Assembly (NCBI GenBank): GCA_963827955.1 | Contig: CAWHDJ010000018.1 | Location: 1,181,297-1,245,296, forward strand | Direction: 5' to 3' | Origin: an uncultured delta proteobacterium | GTDB taxonomy: Bacteria; Myxococcota_A; Polyangia; Polyangiales; Polyangiaceae | Length of the DNA: 64,000 nt | Part shown: one piece after another, positions 1 to 8,817 of the stretch | How positions within the stretch are numbered: position 1 is the first letter of the stretch | How the letters are laid out: the number at the start of each line of letters is the position of its first letter | Program-made: the position numbers and the translations under genes | Notes under the pieces: model-generated | Database searches by the model: none | Told to the model about the DNA's origin: nothing | Seen by the model: only the letters and a program-made list of their open reading frames with translations

Positions 1-62
1 GATCCCGCGCGCGACGCGCTCGAGCCACGCCTCGGGCATGAAGAACGTGAGCGCCGCGAGCA

Positions 63-890
63 TCACGTACGCGCTGAAGAGGCCGATTCGAGGCGGAGCA
101 CCGTGGCCCCGAGGTGGATCGCCGCCGCGCCCGCGAGGGCCGCCCACGCGAGGCGTCGCCGCCACGGGCTCCGGCGCGCGCGGCGGCGCGTGGCGAGGAG
201 GTAGGCGGCCGCGATCAAGAGCTCCAGCGCGGTGACGCCGAGGCTCGCCAGGATCCAGAACGTCGGCGCCGCCACGCCGAGCCTCGCCGCCAGGCCCACG
301 AGCGCGGAGAAGGGCGGCCGGCCTTCGGCGAGCGACGCGAGCGGGCCCCCGCCCCGCCAGCGCGCCTCGTACTTCGAGGCGGCGGCGAAGGCATAGACGA
401 TCGCGAGCGTCACCGCGAGGAGGCGGTGCGAGAAGGCCGAGCGGCGCCGCCCGACGTCCTCGGCCCGGAGGGGTGGCAGGAGCGCGAAGCAGAGGAGCGC
501 GAGCGAGATCAGGTAATGGTGCTGGAAGCCGTCGAGCAGGCTCATCGCCCAGCCGTAGGTGTAGATCGCGGCGAGCGCCGCGATGGCCGCGCGGGCGCCG
601 GTCATCGCGCCGATGAACGCGAGCATCCCGGACATGACGAGCACGCCCGCGTAGAGGCCCGCGCTCGGGATCGGCTGCACCGCGTCGAGCCAGGCGAAGT
701 GGGCGACGTTGAACCCGCCGAGCCCGTAGCGGCCCGCGTGCGGCAGCATCAGGATCCACGCGTCGAACGCGAGCAGGAGGAGCGTGCCCCGGACCAGAAG
801 GTAGGGCCGCACCGCCGCGACCGCCCCGTACCAGTACCCGTCCCACGCGGCCTCCCAGCCACGGGCGCGATCCGCGTCGCCCGCCGTCAT
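63..890 (-). CDS. HTTM-domain (vitamin K-dependent gamma-carboxylase-like) integral membrane protein
   Basis: The ORF 63..1238 has a low-complexity N-terminus, so the start is more plausibly the internal M (MTAGDADRARGWEAAWDGYWYG), with ATG at 888-890. It has multiple TM helices and LLLLAFDAWILMLPHAG.., typical of the HTTM domain. Its start overlaps the stop of the upstream ORF (ATGA). Confidence 0.45.
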   Translation of the reverse strand: MTAGDADRARGWEAAWDGYWYGAVAAVRPYLLVRGTLLLLAFDAWILMLPHAGRYGLGGFNVAHFAWLDAVQPIPSAGLYAGVLVMSGMLAFIGAMTGARAAIAALAAIYTYGWAMSLLDGFQHHYLISLALLCFALLPPLRAEDVGRRRSAFSHRLLAVTLAIVYAFAAASKYEARWRGGGPLASLAEGRPPFSALVGLAARLGVAAPTFWILASLGVTALELLIAAAYLLATRRRARRSPWRRRLAWAALAGAAAIHLGATVLRLESASSART

Positions 891-1258
891 GGCGCGGGCC
901 GACAAGCGCGCGTCACCATGGAGGCCGGCGCCTCGCCCTCGCACCGGCGCACCAGCGTCGCCGAGATCGCGCCCGCCTCCTCGCACGCCCGCGCGAGCAC
1001 GCCCTCCACCACCCTCGGTTGCCCTCGCGTGAGCTGGACCACCCAGCCTCGCTGCAGCGGCTCGTCGAGCGGGAACGGCCGCGGGGGGCCCGACGCCGTG
1101 TCGCGCACCGTGACGGCCGCTTCGCAGCGATCGAGGCGAGCGGCCGAGAACATCCGCCAGGCGAAGCGCTCGTCCGCGGGCGCCCGGAGGCCGAGATAGT
1201 AGCCGAGCGGCAGCGCCACCTGCGCGACGAGGTAGCACGCGATGAACGCGTCGGTCAC
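887..1258 (-). CDS. hypothetical protein with an FAWRMFS-type motif, translationally coupled to the HTTM protein
   Basis: A 123-aa ORF with non-biased composition (MTDAFIACYLVAQVALPLGYYLGLRAPADERFAWRMFSAARLD..). Its stop overlaps the downstream start. Confidence 0.3.
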   Translation of the reverse strand: MTDAFIACYLVAQVALPLGYYLGLRAPADERFAWRMFSAARLDRCEAAVTVRDTASGPPRPFPLDEPLQRGWVVQLTRGQPRVVEGVLARACEEAGAISATLVRRCEGEAPASMVTRACRPAP

Positions 1259-1363
1259 GAAGCGCCCGCGCTTCGGGCGCGGGGCGGATGAGGCGGCGGT
1301 GGCGATGGGACGCAGTATCGCAAGGACCTCACGGGAAGTCCTGCTCCGTTCACGCGCCGCCGG

Positions 1364-2215
1364 TCACTTGAAGTCCTGCGCGTACCAGCCCACGGTCGAG
1401 AAGCCGCACGCCACCGTGCTGAGCACGCTGCTCTTCATGTTCAGGTAGTGACCGCACTCCCCGTTGGACCCGCTGAATACGCAGTTCTTGCAGTTGTCGT
1501 ACGGGAAGTCGCAGGTGTCGCAGCCCGAGCAGATGGACTGATCCTTCTCCGCCCACATCAGCGCGAGGCAGGTGGTGATCCCGTCGGTCGCGTTGAGCGG
1601 GTTGACGGAGTAGCCCGGGCACTCGTCCTCCGCGTTGCTCCCGCACATCCCCTGGTTGATGAACGACCAGTGCGCGCTGTTCTTCATCTCGTCCGTGGTC
1701 GCCTCCTGGGCGACGCACGACTCTGCCGAGGTCCAGCGCGTGTACGCGGGCAGCCCGCGGGTCGCGCGGTACATGTTGATCGTGTTCAGGCAGACCTCCG
1801 CGGGGCTCGTCGCGCCGCTGCTGGTCGTGCTGCTGCTCGAGGACGAGCTCGCGCTGCCCCCGCTCGTGCTCGACGTGCTCGTGGCCGCGCTCGTGCTTGC
1901 AGCCGCGCTCGTGCTCGTGGTCGCGCTCGTGCTCGTGGTCGCGCTCGTGCTCGTGCTCCCGCTCGTGCCCGTGCTGGCGCCGGCCCCGGTGCTCACCGCG
2001 CCCGTGCCTTCGCCCGACGAAGCCGGCCCCACACCCGCCGTCGCTCCGCCCACGCCTTGCCCGGTGGCCCCGCCCGCGCCGCTCGCCCCGTGCTCTCCGC
2101 CGGCGCCGCTGCTCGAGTCGTCGACCACGAGATCGTCGACGCCCGTGAGCGCGTTGCAACCCGCGAGCACCGCGAGCATCAGCGAGGCGACGGAGAGTGG
2201 CCAGGCGAAGCGCAT
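1364..2215 (-). CDS. CAP/SCP/PR-1-like domain lipoprotein with a Ser/Thr/Gly-rich linker
   Basis: The start is the internal M of ORF 1364..3307 (MRFAWPLSVASLMLAVLAGC, lipobox LAGC; ATG 2213-2215). A long S/T/G linker follows. The C-terminal domain (NTINMYRATRGLPAYTRWTSAESCVAQEATTDEMKNSAHWSF...GHYLNM) matches the CAP/PR-1 fold. Confidence 0.6.
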   Translation of the reverse strand: MRFAWPLSVASLMLAVLAGCNALTGVDDLVVDDSSSGAGGEHGASGAGGATGQGVGGATAGVGPASSGEGTGAVSTGAGASTGTSGSTSTSATTSTSATTSTSAAASTSAATSTSSTSGGSASSSSSSSTTSSGATSPAEVCLNTINMYRATRGLPAYTRWTSAESCVAQEATTDEMKNSAHWSFINQGMCGSNAEDECPGYSVNPLNATDGITTCLALMWAEKDQSICSGCDTCDFPYDNCKNCVFSGSNGECGHYLNMKSSVLSTVACGFSTVGWYAQDFK

Positions 2216-2310
2216 GTGCGTGAGCCTACGGGGCAGACGCCATGCGTCAACGGCTACCGTTTTCGCGGGAATCGGCCATCTGGTGGAAAAGTGCAGCAGC
2301 CGCGTCGAGG

Positions 2311-3307
2311 CTACGATCGGTGCAGGTTCGCCACGATCCGCGCCCCGTCGACGTCGAAGCGGAAGCGGAGCTGGCGGAGGCCGCGCAGGGCCATGGCCTC
2401 GAGCACGCGGCGCCGGTCGGCCGGGCGCACGTAGAGCATGAAGAAGCCGCCGCCGCCCGCGCCCATCAGCTTGCCGCCGAGCGCGCCCGCGGCGCGCGCC
2501 GCCTCGTAGTGCTCGTCGAGCGTCGCGTCGGTCATCTTCGACGCCAGCTTGCGCTTGCGCTCCCAGTGGTGGTGGAGCAGCTCCCCGTAGCGATCGACGT
2601 CGCCCTGCACGAGCAGGCGGTAGACCTCGTGCCCGATCTCCTTGATGGCGTGCATCCGCTCGATCGCGTCGCCGTCCAGCTCGCGCAGCCGCTTGCCCTG
2701 CTCGGAGAGCACCACGCTCGCGGGCCGCTCCACGCCGGTCCAGACGATGAGCAGGTTGGTCTCGAGCTCGTCGAGCACCTCGTCCCGCACCGGGACGGGC
2801 TCCACCGCCACCGAGCCGTCGGTGCCGAAGGTGAACGCCGTCACGCTCCCGAACGCGGAGATGTACTGGTCCTGCTTGCCGATGGGCTCGCCGAGGCGGT
2901 CGATCTCGATGGAGCACGCCTCCTCCGCGAGCTGGCGCGAGCTGACGAACTCGCGCTTGTACGTGTGGAGGGCGTTGAGCAACGCCACTGTGAACGCGCT
3001 CGACGACCCGAGCCCGCTGTTCGCCGGCAGGTCGGCCACGCTCGTGAGCTCGATGGAGTGCTCGATCTGCGTCATCCGGAGCGCCTCGCGGAAGATGCGG
3101 TGCTCGATCTTGTCGACGCTGGGGACGATCTCCGTGTGCGAGTACGCGAGGCGGATGTCGCGGTGGAACCGCTTGTTGGCCGTGACGTAGATGTACTTGT
3201 CGATCGCGGCCGAGATCGAGGTAGCCGCCGAAGCGGTTGGAGTACGCGGGGAGGTCGGTGCCTCCACCGCCGAGGGAGAAACGGACGGGGGCGCGAGAGA
3301 CGATCAT
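2311..3307 (-). CDS. GHMP kinase (D-glycero-D-manno-heptose 7-phosphate kinase HddA-like), frameshifted near 3225
   Basis: The N-terminus in one frame (MIVSRAPVRFSLGGGGTDLPAYSNRFGGY) carries the GHMP P-x-R-[IF]-S-L-x-GGGTD motif. The remainder is in another frame (ORF 2311..3267: ISAAIDKYIYVT, PANSGLGSSSAF, MGAGGGGF). The single frameshift is either a sequencing indel or a pseudogene. Confidence 0.6.
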
Positions 3308-4035
3308 GGGCTCTTGTCTCCGTTAGCGTTGCGGAGCTCGGTCTCGAGGTCGGATAGTCCCTCGGGGGAGCCGATCTCGAAGAAGCGGCGGGTGGCCACG
3401 TGCGCGCGCAAACGGCCCCGGGCGGCGAGGTCGTGCTGCACGGCCGAGAGGTCGTGCGCCTCGCCGGGCGGGAGGGCGGCGACGACCTCGCGCCGGAGCG
3501 CGGTGGCGCCGTAGTCGATCGCGTCGAGCGACGGATCGGGCGGCGCGCCCTTCGGGCGCTTCTCGTAGCGGGCGACGAGCTCGCCCTCCACGCGGGTGTT
3601 GCTGCGATCGAAGCGATCGTCGTTCTTGAAGACCGCCATGGTGCCGAGCGCCTCCGGGTGCGCGCGGAGGTCGCGGAGCGGCGCCATGTAGTCGAAGGGC
3701 AGGTACGAGTCGCCGTACGTGACGAGGAACGTGGGCGCGAGGAGCGGCGAGGCCTTGCGAAGCGCGCCCGCGGTGCCGAGCAGGCGCTCGCCGTCCTCCA
3801 CGTAGGCGAGCGAGATCCCGAACGCGCTCCCGTCGCCGAGGCTCCGCCGCACCTCGTCGCCGAGGTGCCCGATGCAGAGCACGGCCTCCTCGAACCCCGC
3901 TGCGGCGAGCCGTTCGAGGAGCCACGCGGCGAAGGGGCGGCCGGCGACGGGCAGCAGGAGCTTGGGGATCCGCTCGGTGCGCGGGAGCATCCGCGTGCCG
4001 AGACCCCCTGCGAGGATGACGACTTGGTCAGCCAT
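3304..4035 (-). CDS. sugar-phosphate nucleotidyltransferase (HddC/mannose-1-P guanylyltransferase-like)
   Basis: It starts at the internal M (MADQVVILAGGLGTRMLP..) with the classic nucleotidyltransferase G-x-G-T-R motif, and LLGTAGAL, YGDS. ATGA overlaps the GHMP kinase start. Confidence 0.65.
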   Translation of the reverse strand: MADQVVILAGGLGTRMLPRTERIPKLLLPVAGRPFAAWLLERLAAAGFEEAVLCIGHLGDEVRRSLGDGSAFGISLAYVEDGERLLGTAGALRKASPLLAPTFLVTYGDSYLPFDYMAPLRDLRAHPEALGTMAVFKNDDRFDRSNTRVEGELVARYEKRPKGAPPDPSLDAIDYGATALRREVVAALPPGEAHDLSAVQHDLAARGRLRAHVATRRFFEIGSPEGLSDLETELRNANGDKSP

Positions 4036-4975
4036 TGGGCGGGAAGACTTCCGCCGCCAGCGCGGCCACCGCGCGCCCCACCGCCTCGTCGCTGGAGAAG
4101 CGGACGCGGAACCCGAGCGCCGCGAGCTTGGCCGGATCCATGCGCGAGCGCGGCACGTCGCCCGGCCATCCACGGTCGCCGCCGGTGTAGCGGATGACCG
4201 CGTCCTTGTACGGCGAATGCGCCACGCAGAGCTCGGCGATGCGCGCCACGCTGGTCGCGTCGAGGGGCGCGAGGTTGTGGATGTTGAGCCGCTCCTTCGC
4301 GTGGTCGAGGCCGAAGAGCATGCCCTGTACGCAGTCCGTGACGAAGAGGTAGGGCTTCGACTGCTTGCCGTCGCCGAGCACCTCGAGCTCCGTCTTCTTG
4401 TCGCGGAGCTTCCTGAGGAAATCGAGCGCCGCGCCGTGCGTGCCCCGCGGGCCGACGACGTTGCCGAAGCGGTAGATGTACGCCGTGAGGCCGAAGCACT
4501 CGACGAAGGCGGAGACCATCGCCTCGCCCGCGAACTTGCTCGCGCCGTAGAGCGAGATGGGGAGGCAGCCGAGGTCGCCCTCGGCGCACGTGGCCGGCGT
4601 CTCGCCGTACACCGTTCCCGACGACGAGAAGACGAGCTTCGGCACGCCGCCGAGGCGCATCGCCTCGAGCACGTTGTACGTCGCGATGGTGCCCTGCTCC
4701 AGGTCGAGCCGCGTACGCGCGAGGCCCCAGCGCGCCTCGGGGTTGGCGGCGAGGTGGAAGACGACGTCGTGCCCCGCCACGGCGGCGGTGAGGCGCTCGA
4801 GATCGAGCATGTCGGCCTCGATCAGCGTGGCGCGCCCGGACGCGAGGTGACCCTCGATCCACGCGCGCTTGCCGACCGAGAGGTTGTCGTAGACCGTGAC
4901 GGGCCCGCGCGGGGCGAGCGCGTCCACCATGTGGCTGCCGATGAAGCCGGCGCCCCCGACGACGAACGATTGCAT
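4028..4975 (-). CDS. NAD-dependent epimerase/dehydratase (extended SDR)
   Basis: It starts at the internal M (MQSFVVGGAGFIGSHMVDAL, Rossmann GxxGxxG) and has YGASK (the catalytic YxxxK). There is an 8-bp overlap with the downstream gene. Confidence 0.7.
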   Translation of the reverse strand: MQSFVVGGAGFIGSHMVDALAPRGPVTVYDNLSVGKRAWIEGHLASGRATLIEADMLDLERLTAAVAGHDVVFHLAANPEARWGLARTRLDLEQGTIATYNVLEAMRLGGVPKLVFSSSGTVYGETPATCAEGDLGCLPISLYGASKFAGEAMVSAFVECFGLTAYIYRFGNVVGPRGTHGAALDFLRKLRDKKTELEVLGDGKQSKPYLFVTDCVQGMLFGLDHAKERLNIHNLAPLDATSVARIAELCVAHSPYKDAVIRYTGGDRGWPGDVPRSRMDPAKLAALGFRVRFSSDEAVGRAVAALAAEVFPPNG

Positions 4976-4977
4976 GC

Positions 4978-5640
4978 TCAGGTTCTCCCGGGGAGGACGA
5001 CGCCGGGCTGGGCGCCGGCGAGGCGGTCCGCCCGCTCGATGCGGGCGGCGAACTGGACCTCGTCCCGCGTGATCCAGCGGAACGGGATGTCGTGGATCCG
5101 GAGCGGCCAGTCGAGGCCGGTGAAGCGGCCGCCCGCCGTCGAGACCAGCTCCGCCCACTCGCGCGCGTCGAAGTACGTCCCGCGCACGGCGACGCCGGGC
5201 CCTGCGTTGCCCACGACATCCATCGCCAGCAGGATCTTCTCGGACAGCCAGCCGAAGCGGAAGTGATCCTTGATGGCGACGACCTTGCTCGCGACGCGCA
5301 GCGCGTCGCGGAGCACGGCGCCCGGGTCCGTGCAGTGGTGGAGCACGTCCGAGATCACCACCGCCTCGAAGGCGTCGTCGGGGAAGGGGAGGTGCAGCCC
5401 GTCGTACGCCACGACCTCGACGGCGACCGAGGGGCGGACCTTGATGTCGACCCCGGCCACGCGATCGGCGCCGACGCGGGCGGCGATGGTCTTCGCCACG
5501 GTCCCGTCCCCGCAGCCGACGTCGAGCAGCGAGCGGGCACTGCCGATTTGCGCGGCGAGCGCCCGCGCCACGCGCTCGACGCGGGGGACGTGGACGCGGT
5601 GGTGGTGCGCCGAGAAGAAGGCGCGCTTGAAGAGGTCCAT
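4978..5640 (-). CDS. class I SAM-dependent methyltransferase
   Basis: It has LLDVGCGDGTVAK (SAM-binding motif I) and VVISDVLHH (motif II-like). It starts at the internal M (MDLFKRAFF..). Confidence 0.65.
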   Translation of the reverse strand: MDLFKRAFFSAHHHRVHVPRVERVARALAAQIGSARSLLDVGCGDGTVAKTIAARVGADRVAGVDIKVRPSVAVEVVAYDGLHLPFPDDAFEAVVISDVLHHCTDPGAVLRDALRVASKVVAIKDHFRFGWLSEKILLAMDVVGNAGPGVAVRGTYFDAREWAELVSTAGGRFTGLDWPLRIHDIPFRWITRDEVQFAARIERADRLAGAQPGVVLPGRT

Positions 5641-5715
5641 GGGCGCCCCCGTTCTAGTGCAGGGCACGCCGGATGCGAGCAACTTTCCGAGCCCGTTCCC
5701 GTTCCCGCTCCCGTT

Positions 5716-5742
5716 CCCGTTCCCGGACGAGTCGGGAACGGG
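5716..5742. repeat. hairpin (10-bp stem CCCGTTCCCG / CGGGAACGGG) embedded in a GTTCCC hexamer tandem repeat (5692-5726)
   Basis: This is a direct reading of the intergenic sequence between the patatin stop (5765) and the methyltransferase start (5640). There is no U-tract after the stem, so it is not a classical intrinsic terminator. Confidence 0.4.
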
Positions 5743-5764
5743 ATGGGGCTCGGGAAGAGAGGCC

Positions 5765-6673
5765 TCAGTTCAGGCTCACGTCCGTGCTCTGCGACCCCCC
5801 GAACACCCCTCGCTCCTTCGCCTGGGCCAGCACCCGGAGCGCCGTCCTGTACCCCCGCAACACCAGCGGGCGGGCGGCGAAGCGGTTCAGGTAGCCGTAG
5901 TGGCCGATGTCGGGGGCGATGTCGAGGAAGGTGACGTGGGGGTAGAGCTTGGAGAGCAGCTCGACGCCGCGCCGCTCCTTCTCGGTGAGCAGGATGTTGA
6001 GGGCCTGGCGCACCACGGCGTGGGCGCCGCGGCGGGCGATGTTGGAGTCGGTGGGGAGGACGCTCCTCCGGGCGGTAGATGTTCGAGATGATTACGACCG
6101 TGGCGCCCGCGGCGACGGCGATGTCGGCCGAGAGGGTGCGCGCGACCTCCCCGTCGAGGAAGTAGCGGCCGCCGATGCGGTACGGCCGGAAGAGGCCGGG
6201 CACGCAGCAGCTCGCCGCCACGGCCTGGCTGATGGGCACGCGCTCCTCGTACCCCGGGCCGAAGACGACGCGCTGGCCGTTGTCGACGTCGACGGCCGTC
6301 ACGAAGATCCGGTTCGGGAGCGCGCGGAAGTCGTTGATGGGCAGGTAGCCTGCGAGGTACCGCTCGAGCTTGTCGAGCGAGAACATGCCCGAGAGCACGT
6401 AGCCGGGGTCGAGCAGGTCGCGCAGGCGCGGCGCGCCCATGAACTTGTTGAGGTGCAGGCGCGGGCCCTGGTGGCGGCGCCGCCAGGGCAGCCGGTAGCC
6501 GTCGAGGAGCACGTCGAGCGGGATGTTCTGCCCGTAGGTGGCGCTCACGATGGCCCCGGCGCTCGCCCCGACGAAGACCTCCGGCTCGATGCCCAGCTCC
6601 TCGCAGGCCTTCAGCACGCCGAGGTGGGAGAGGCCGCGGGCGGCACCGCCGGATCCGATGAAGGCAATCTTGG
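5765..6673 (-). CDS. patatin-like phospholipase, frameshifted near 6050
   Basis: MPRTKIAFIGSGGAARGLSHLG (oxyanion GGxR), VGASAGA (GxSxG nucleophile) and FLDGEVA (catalytic DG[AG]). The C-terminal 83 aa are in another frame (ORF 5765..6016, MVRQALNILLTEKE..). Confidence 0.65.
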
Positions 6674-6752
6674 TTCGGGGCATGCAAACGTAGTTTCGCC
6701 GACCCGTCGAGGAGGGGCAAGAACGCGGCCATGCGTGTGCTACAGGTGAGCG

Positions 6753-7313
6753 GTGCCCCACCTCCTTCGCGTCGTGTTCCCCGCCCTGACCCTCTCGCTC
6801 GCGGCCCTCGGCTGCCAGGCCAACCCGCAGGAGGGCATGATCCGCCCCGAGGCCTCCGTTCACGCTCCGGCGGCCCCTCCGGCTCGCCCGGCCGGCGGCA
6901 CCCACCCCGGCGCCACGGGGGAGTCGTGGAACGCCCAGCAGATCGACTGGCAGGGGTACGAGGCGGGCCTGGCGAAGGCGAAGGCGGAGAAGAAGCCCGT
7001 CGTCCTGGTGTTCTACACGAACTGGTGCCCCCACTGCCGGAACTACAGCCACGTCTTCGACGACCCGACGGTGGTCGCGCAGAGCAAGAAGTTCGTGATG
7101 GTCCGCGCCAACGCCGACGAGGAGGCGGATCTCGCCAACCGATACAGGCAGGATGGCGGCTACGTGCCCCGCACCTTCTTCCTGAAGCCGGACGGCACCC
7201 TCGACCCCGACATCCACGTCCCCCGGCCCAAGTTCCTCTACTTCTTCGACGAGAAGGACCCGCGCTCGCTGCTCGGGGGGATGGACGAGGCGCTGCGCAA
7301 GCTCGCGGGGTGA
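6753..7313 (+). CDS. thioredoxin-fold lipoprotein (WCPHC active site)
   Basis: GTG start. The signal/lipobox is LSLAALGC. VLVFYTNWCPHCRNY has the CxxC motif. The gene is divergent from the patatin gene. Confidence 0.7.
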   Translation: MPHLLRVVFPALTLSLAALGCQANPQEGMIRPEASVHAPAAPPARPAGGTHPGATGESWNAQQIDWQGYEAGLAKAKAEKKPVVLVFYTNWCPHCRNYSHVFDDPTVVAQSKKFVMVRANADEEADLANRYRQDGGYVPRTFFLKPDGTLDPDIHVPRPKFLYFFDEKDPRSLLGGMDEALRKLAG

Positions 7314-7374
7314 GCGGCGCGCAATCCGCGTGCCAAGAGACTCGTCGTTCGGGTCGAGCCGCTCGTCGTTCGAG

Positions 7375-7935
7375 CCGAGCGGATGGGCAAGCGTGCCGCG
7401 CGGATGGGTGAGCGTGCCGCGCGGATGGGCAAGCGTGCCGCGCGGATGGGCAAGCGAGCCGCGCGGATGGGAAAGCGTGCCGCGCGGATGGGCAAGCGAG
7501 CCGCGCGGATGGGCAAGCGAGCCGCGCGGATGGGCAAGCATGCCGCGCGGATGGGTAAAGCGAGCCGCGCGGATGGGCAAGCGTGCCGCGCGGATGGGCA
7601 AGCGAGCCGCGCGGATGGGCAAGCGTGCCGCGCGGATGGGCGGGTCGAGCCGCGCGGATGGGCAAGCGTGCCGCGCGGATGGGCGGGTGAGCCGTGCGGA
7701 TGGGCAAGCGTGCCGCGCGGATGGGCAAGCGAGCCGCGCGGATGGGCGGGTGAGCCGCGCGGAGGGGCAAGCGAGCCGTGCGGATGGGCAAGCGAGCCGC
7801 GCGGATGGGCGGGTGAGCCGCGCGGATGGGCAAGCGAGCCGCGCGGATGGGCAAGCGTGCCGCGCGGATGGGTGAGCGAGCCGCGCGGATGGGCAAGCGA
7901 GCCGCGCGGATGGGCAAGCGAGCCGCGCGGATGCG
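7375..7935. repeat. 21-bp tandem repeat array, about 27 copies (unit GCGCGGATGGGCAAGCG[A/T]GCC), intergenic
   Basis: It is directly visible in the sequence. Units are 20-22 bp with variants (gggtgagcg, gggcgggtgagcc), so no frame is conserved throughout. It lies between the thioredoxin stop and the next + strand gene. Confidence 0.85.
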
Positions 7936-7970
7936 ACCTCGCAGTTGTGATACACGAAGGCGTGGCGGGC

Positions 7971-8756
7971 GTGGTTGAGGGTGCGAGCAGCAGGTGGCTC
8001 CTCCTGGTTCGACGCGTCGCCGCCAGCGCGCTCGCCGCGGCCGCGTTCACGCTCCCGTCGGCGCGCGCCGAGGCGTACCGCCCCTTCGACGGCACCGACG
8101 CGGACACGGCGGAGCCCAGAGAATTCGAGCTCGAGCTCGGCCCCGTCAACTACTACCGCCAGGGGGATCAGATCTTCCTCATCACGCCCGGCATGGTCCT
8201 GAACTACGGCCTCGGCGCGAGGACCGAGCTGGTCTTCGACGCGAGTGTGTACGTGGGGGTCCACAAGCCGACCCCCGGGGCGCCGCGCGTGGCCCTGCGT
8301 GGGGACGACCTGCTCTTGAAGCACGTGTTCCGCGAAGGGATCCTTCAAGGGAAGACGGGCGTCAGCATCGCGGCGGAGGGAGGCGTGCTCACCCCCGAGA
8401 GCAGCGGGGGAGTCGTCGGCCTCGGCGCGTCGCTCGATGTCATCCTCTCGTACCAGTGGTCGTGGGGCACCATCCACTGGAACGAGTGGTTCCAGTACAC
8501 GCGCGACCACCACGCGGACCTCTACACCGGAGCCATCCTCGAAGGGCCTCACGACTGGAAGGTGCGACCCGTCGCCGAGCTCTACTACGAGAAGGATTTC
8601 GCGGCCGACCGAACCGGGTCCGTCCTCGTCGGCGCGATCTGGACCGTCAGCGAGTCGATCGCGATCGACGCCGGCTTTCGCGGCGCGCGGTCGGGCTCGG
8701 CGTACGTCACCGAGGCGAGGCTCGGGCTCACGTGGTCCATCCCGACCGAGGGCTGA
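7971..8756 (+). CDS. secreted protein, putative outer-membrane beta-barrel (MetA-pathway/phenol-degradation-like family?)
   Basis: The signal peptide (VRRVAASALAAAAFTLPSARA|EA) follows an in-frame GTG after the repeat array. Alternating hydrophobic beta-strand patterning is seen (LGLTWSI, VLVGAIWTV). The start is uncertain: GTG 7947, 7962 or 7971. Confidence 0.45.
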   Translation: MVEGASSRWLLLVRRVAASALAAAAFTLPSARAEAYRPFDGTDADTAEPREFELELGPVNYYRQGDQIFLITPGMVLNYGLGARTELVFDASVYVGVHKPTPGAPRVALRGDDLLLKHVFREGILQGKTGVSIAAEGGVLTPESSGGVVGLGASLDVILSYQWSWGTIHWNEWFQYTRDHHADLYTGAILEGPHDWKVRPVAELYYEKDFAADRTGSVLVGAIWTVSESIAIDAGFRGARSGSAYVTEARLGLTWSIPTEG

Positions 8757-8817
8757 GTCGAGGCCGCGCCAACCCACTGGCCCCCGCGCCCGTCTTCCGG
8801 TACTCCCTGATCGCTCC

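Noticed and set aside
5692-5742. The hairpin after the patatin gene as a rho-independent terminator.
   Set aside because: No U-tract follows the stem in the patatin transcript orientation. It is recorded only as a repeat/hairpin.
7330-7917. Possibility that the 21-bp array at 7375-7935 encodes a heptad-repeat protein (RMGKRAA, or PRGSLAH on the minus strand).
   Set aside because: Units of 20 and 22 bp break every frame. The flanking genes have their own signal peptide and start sites. The array is treated as non-coding.
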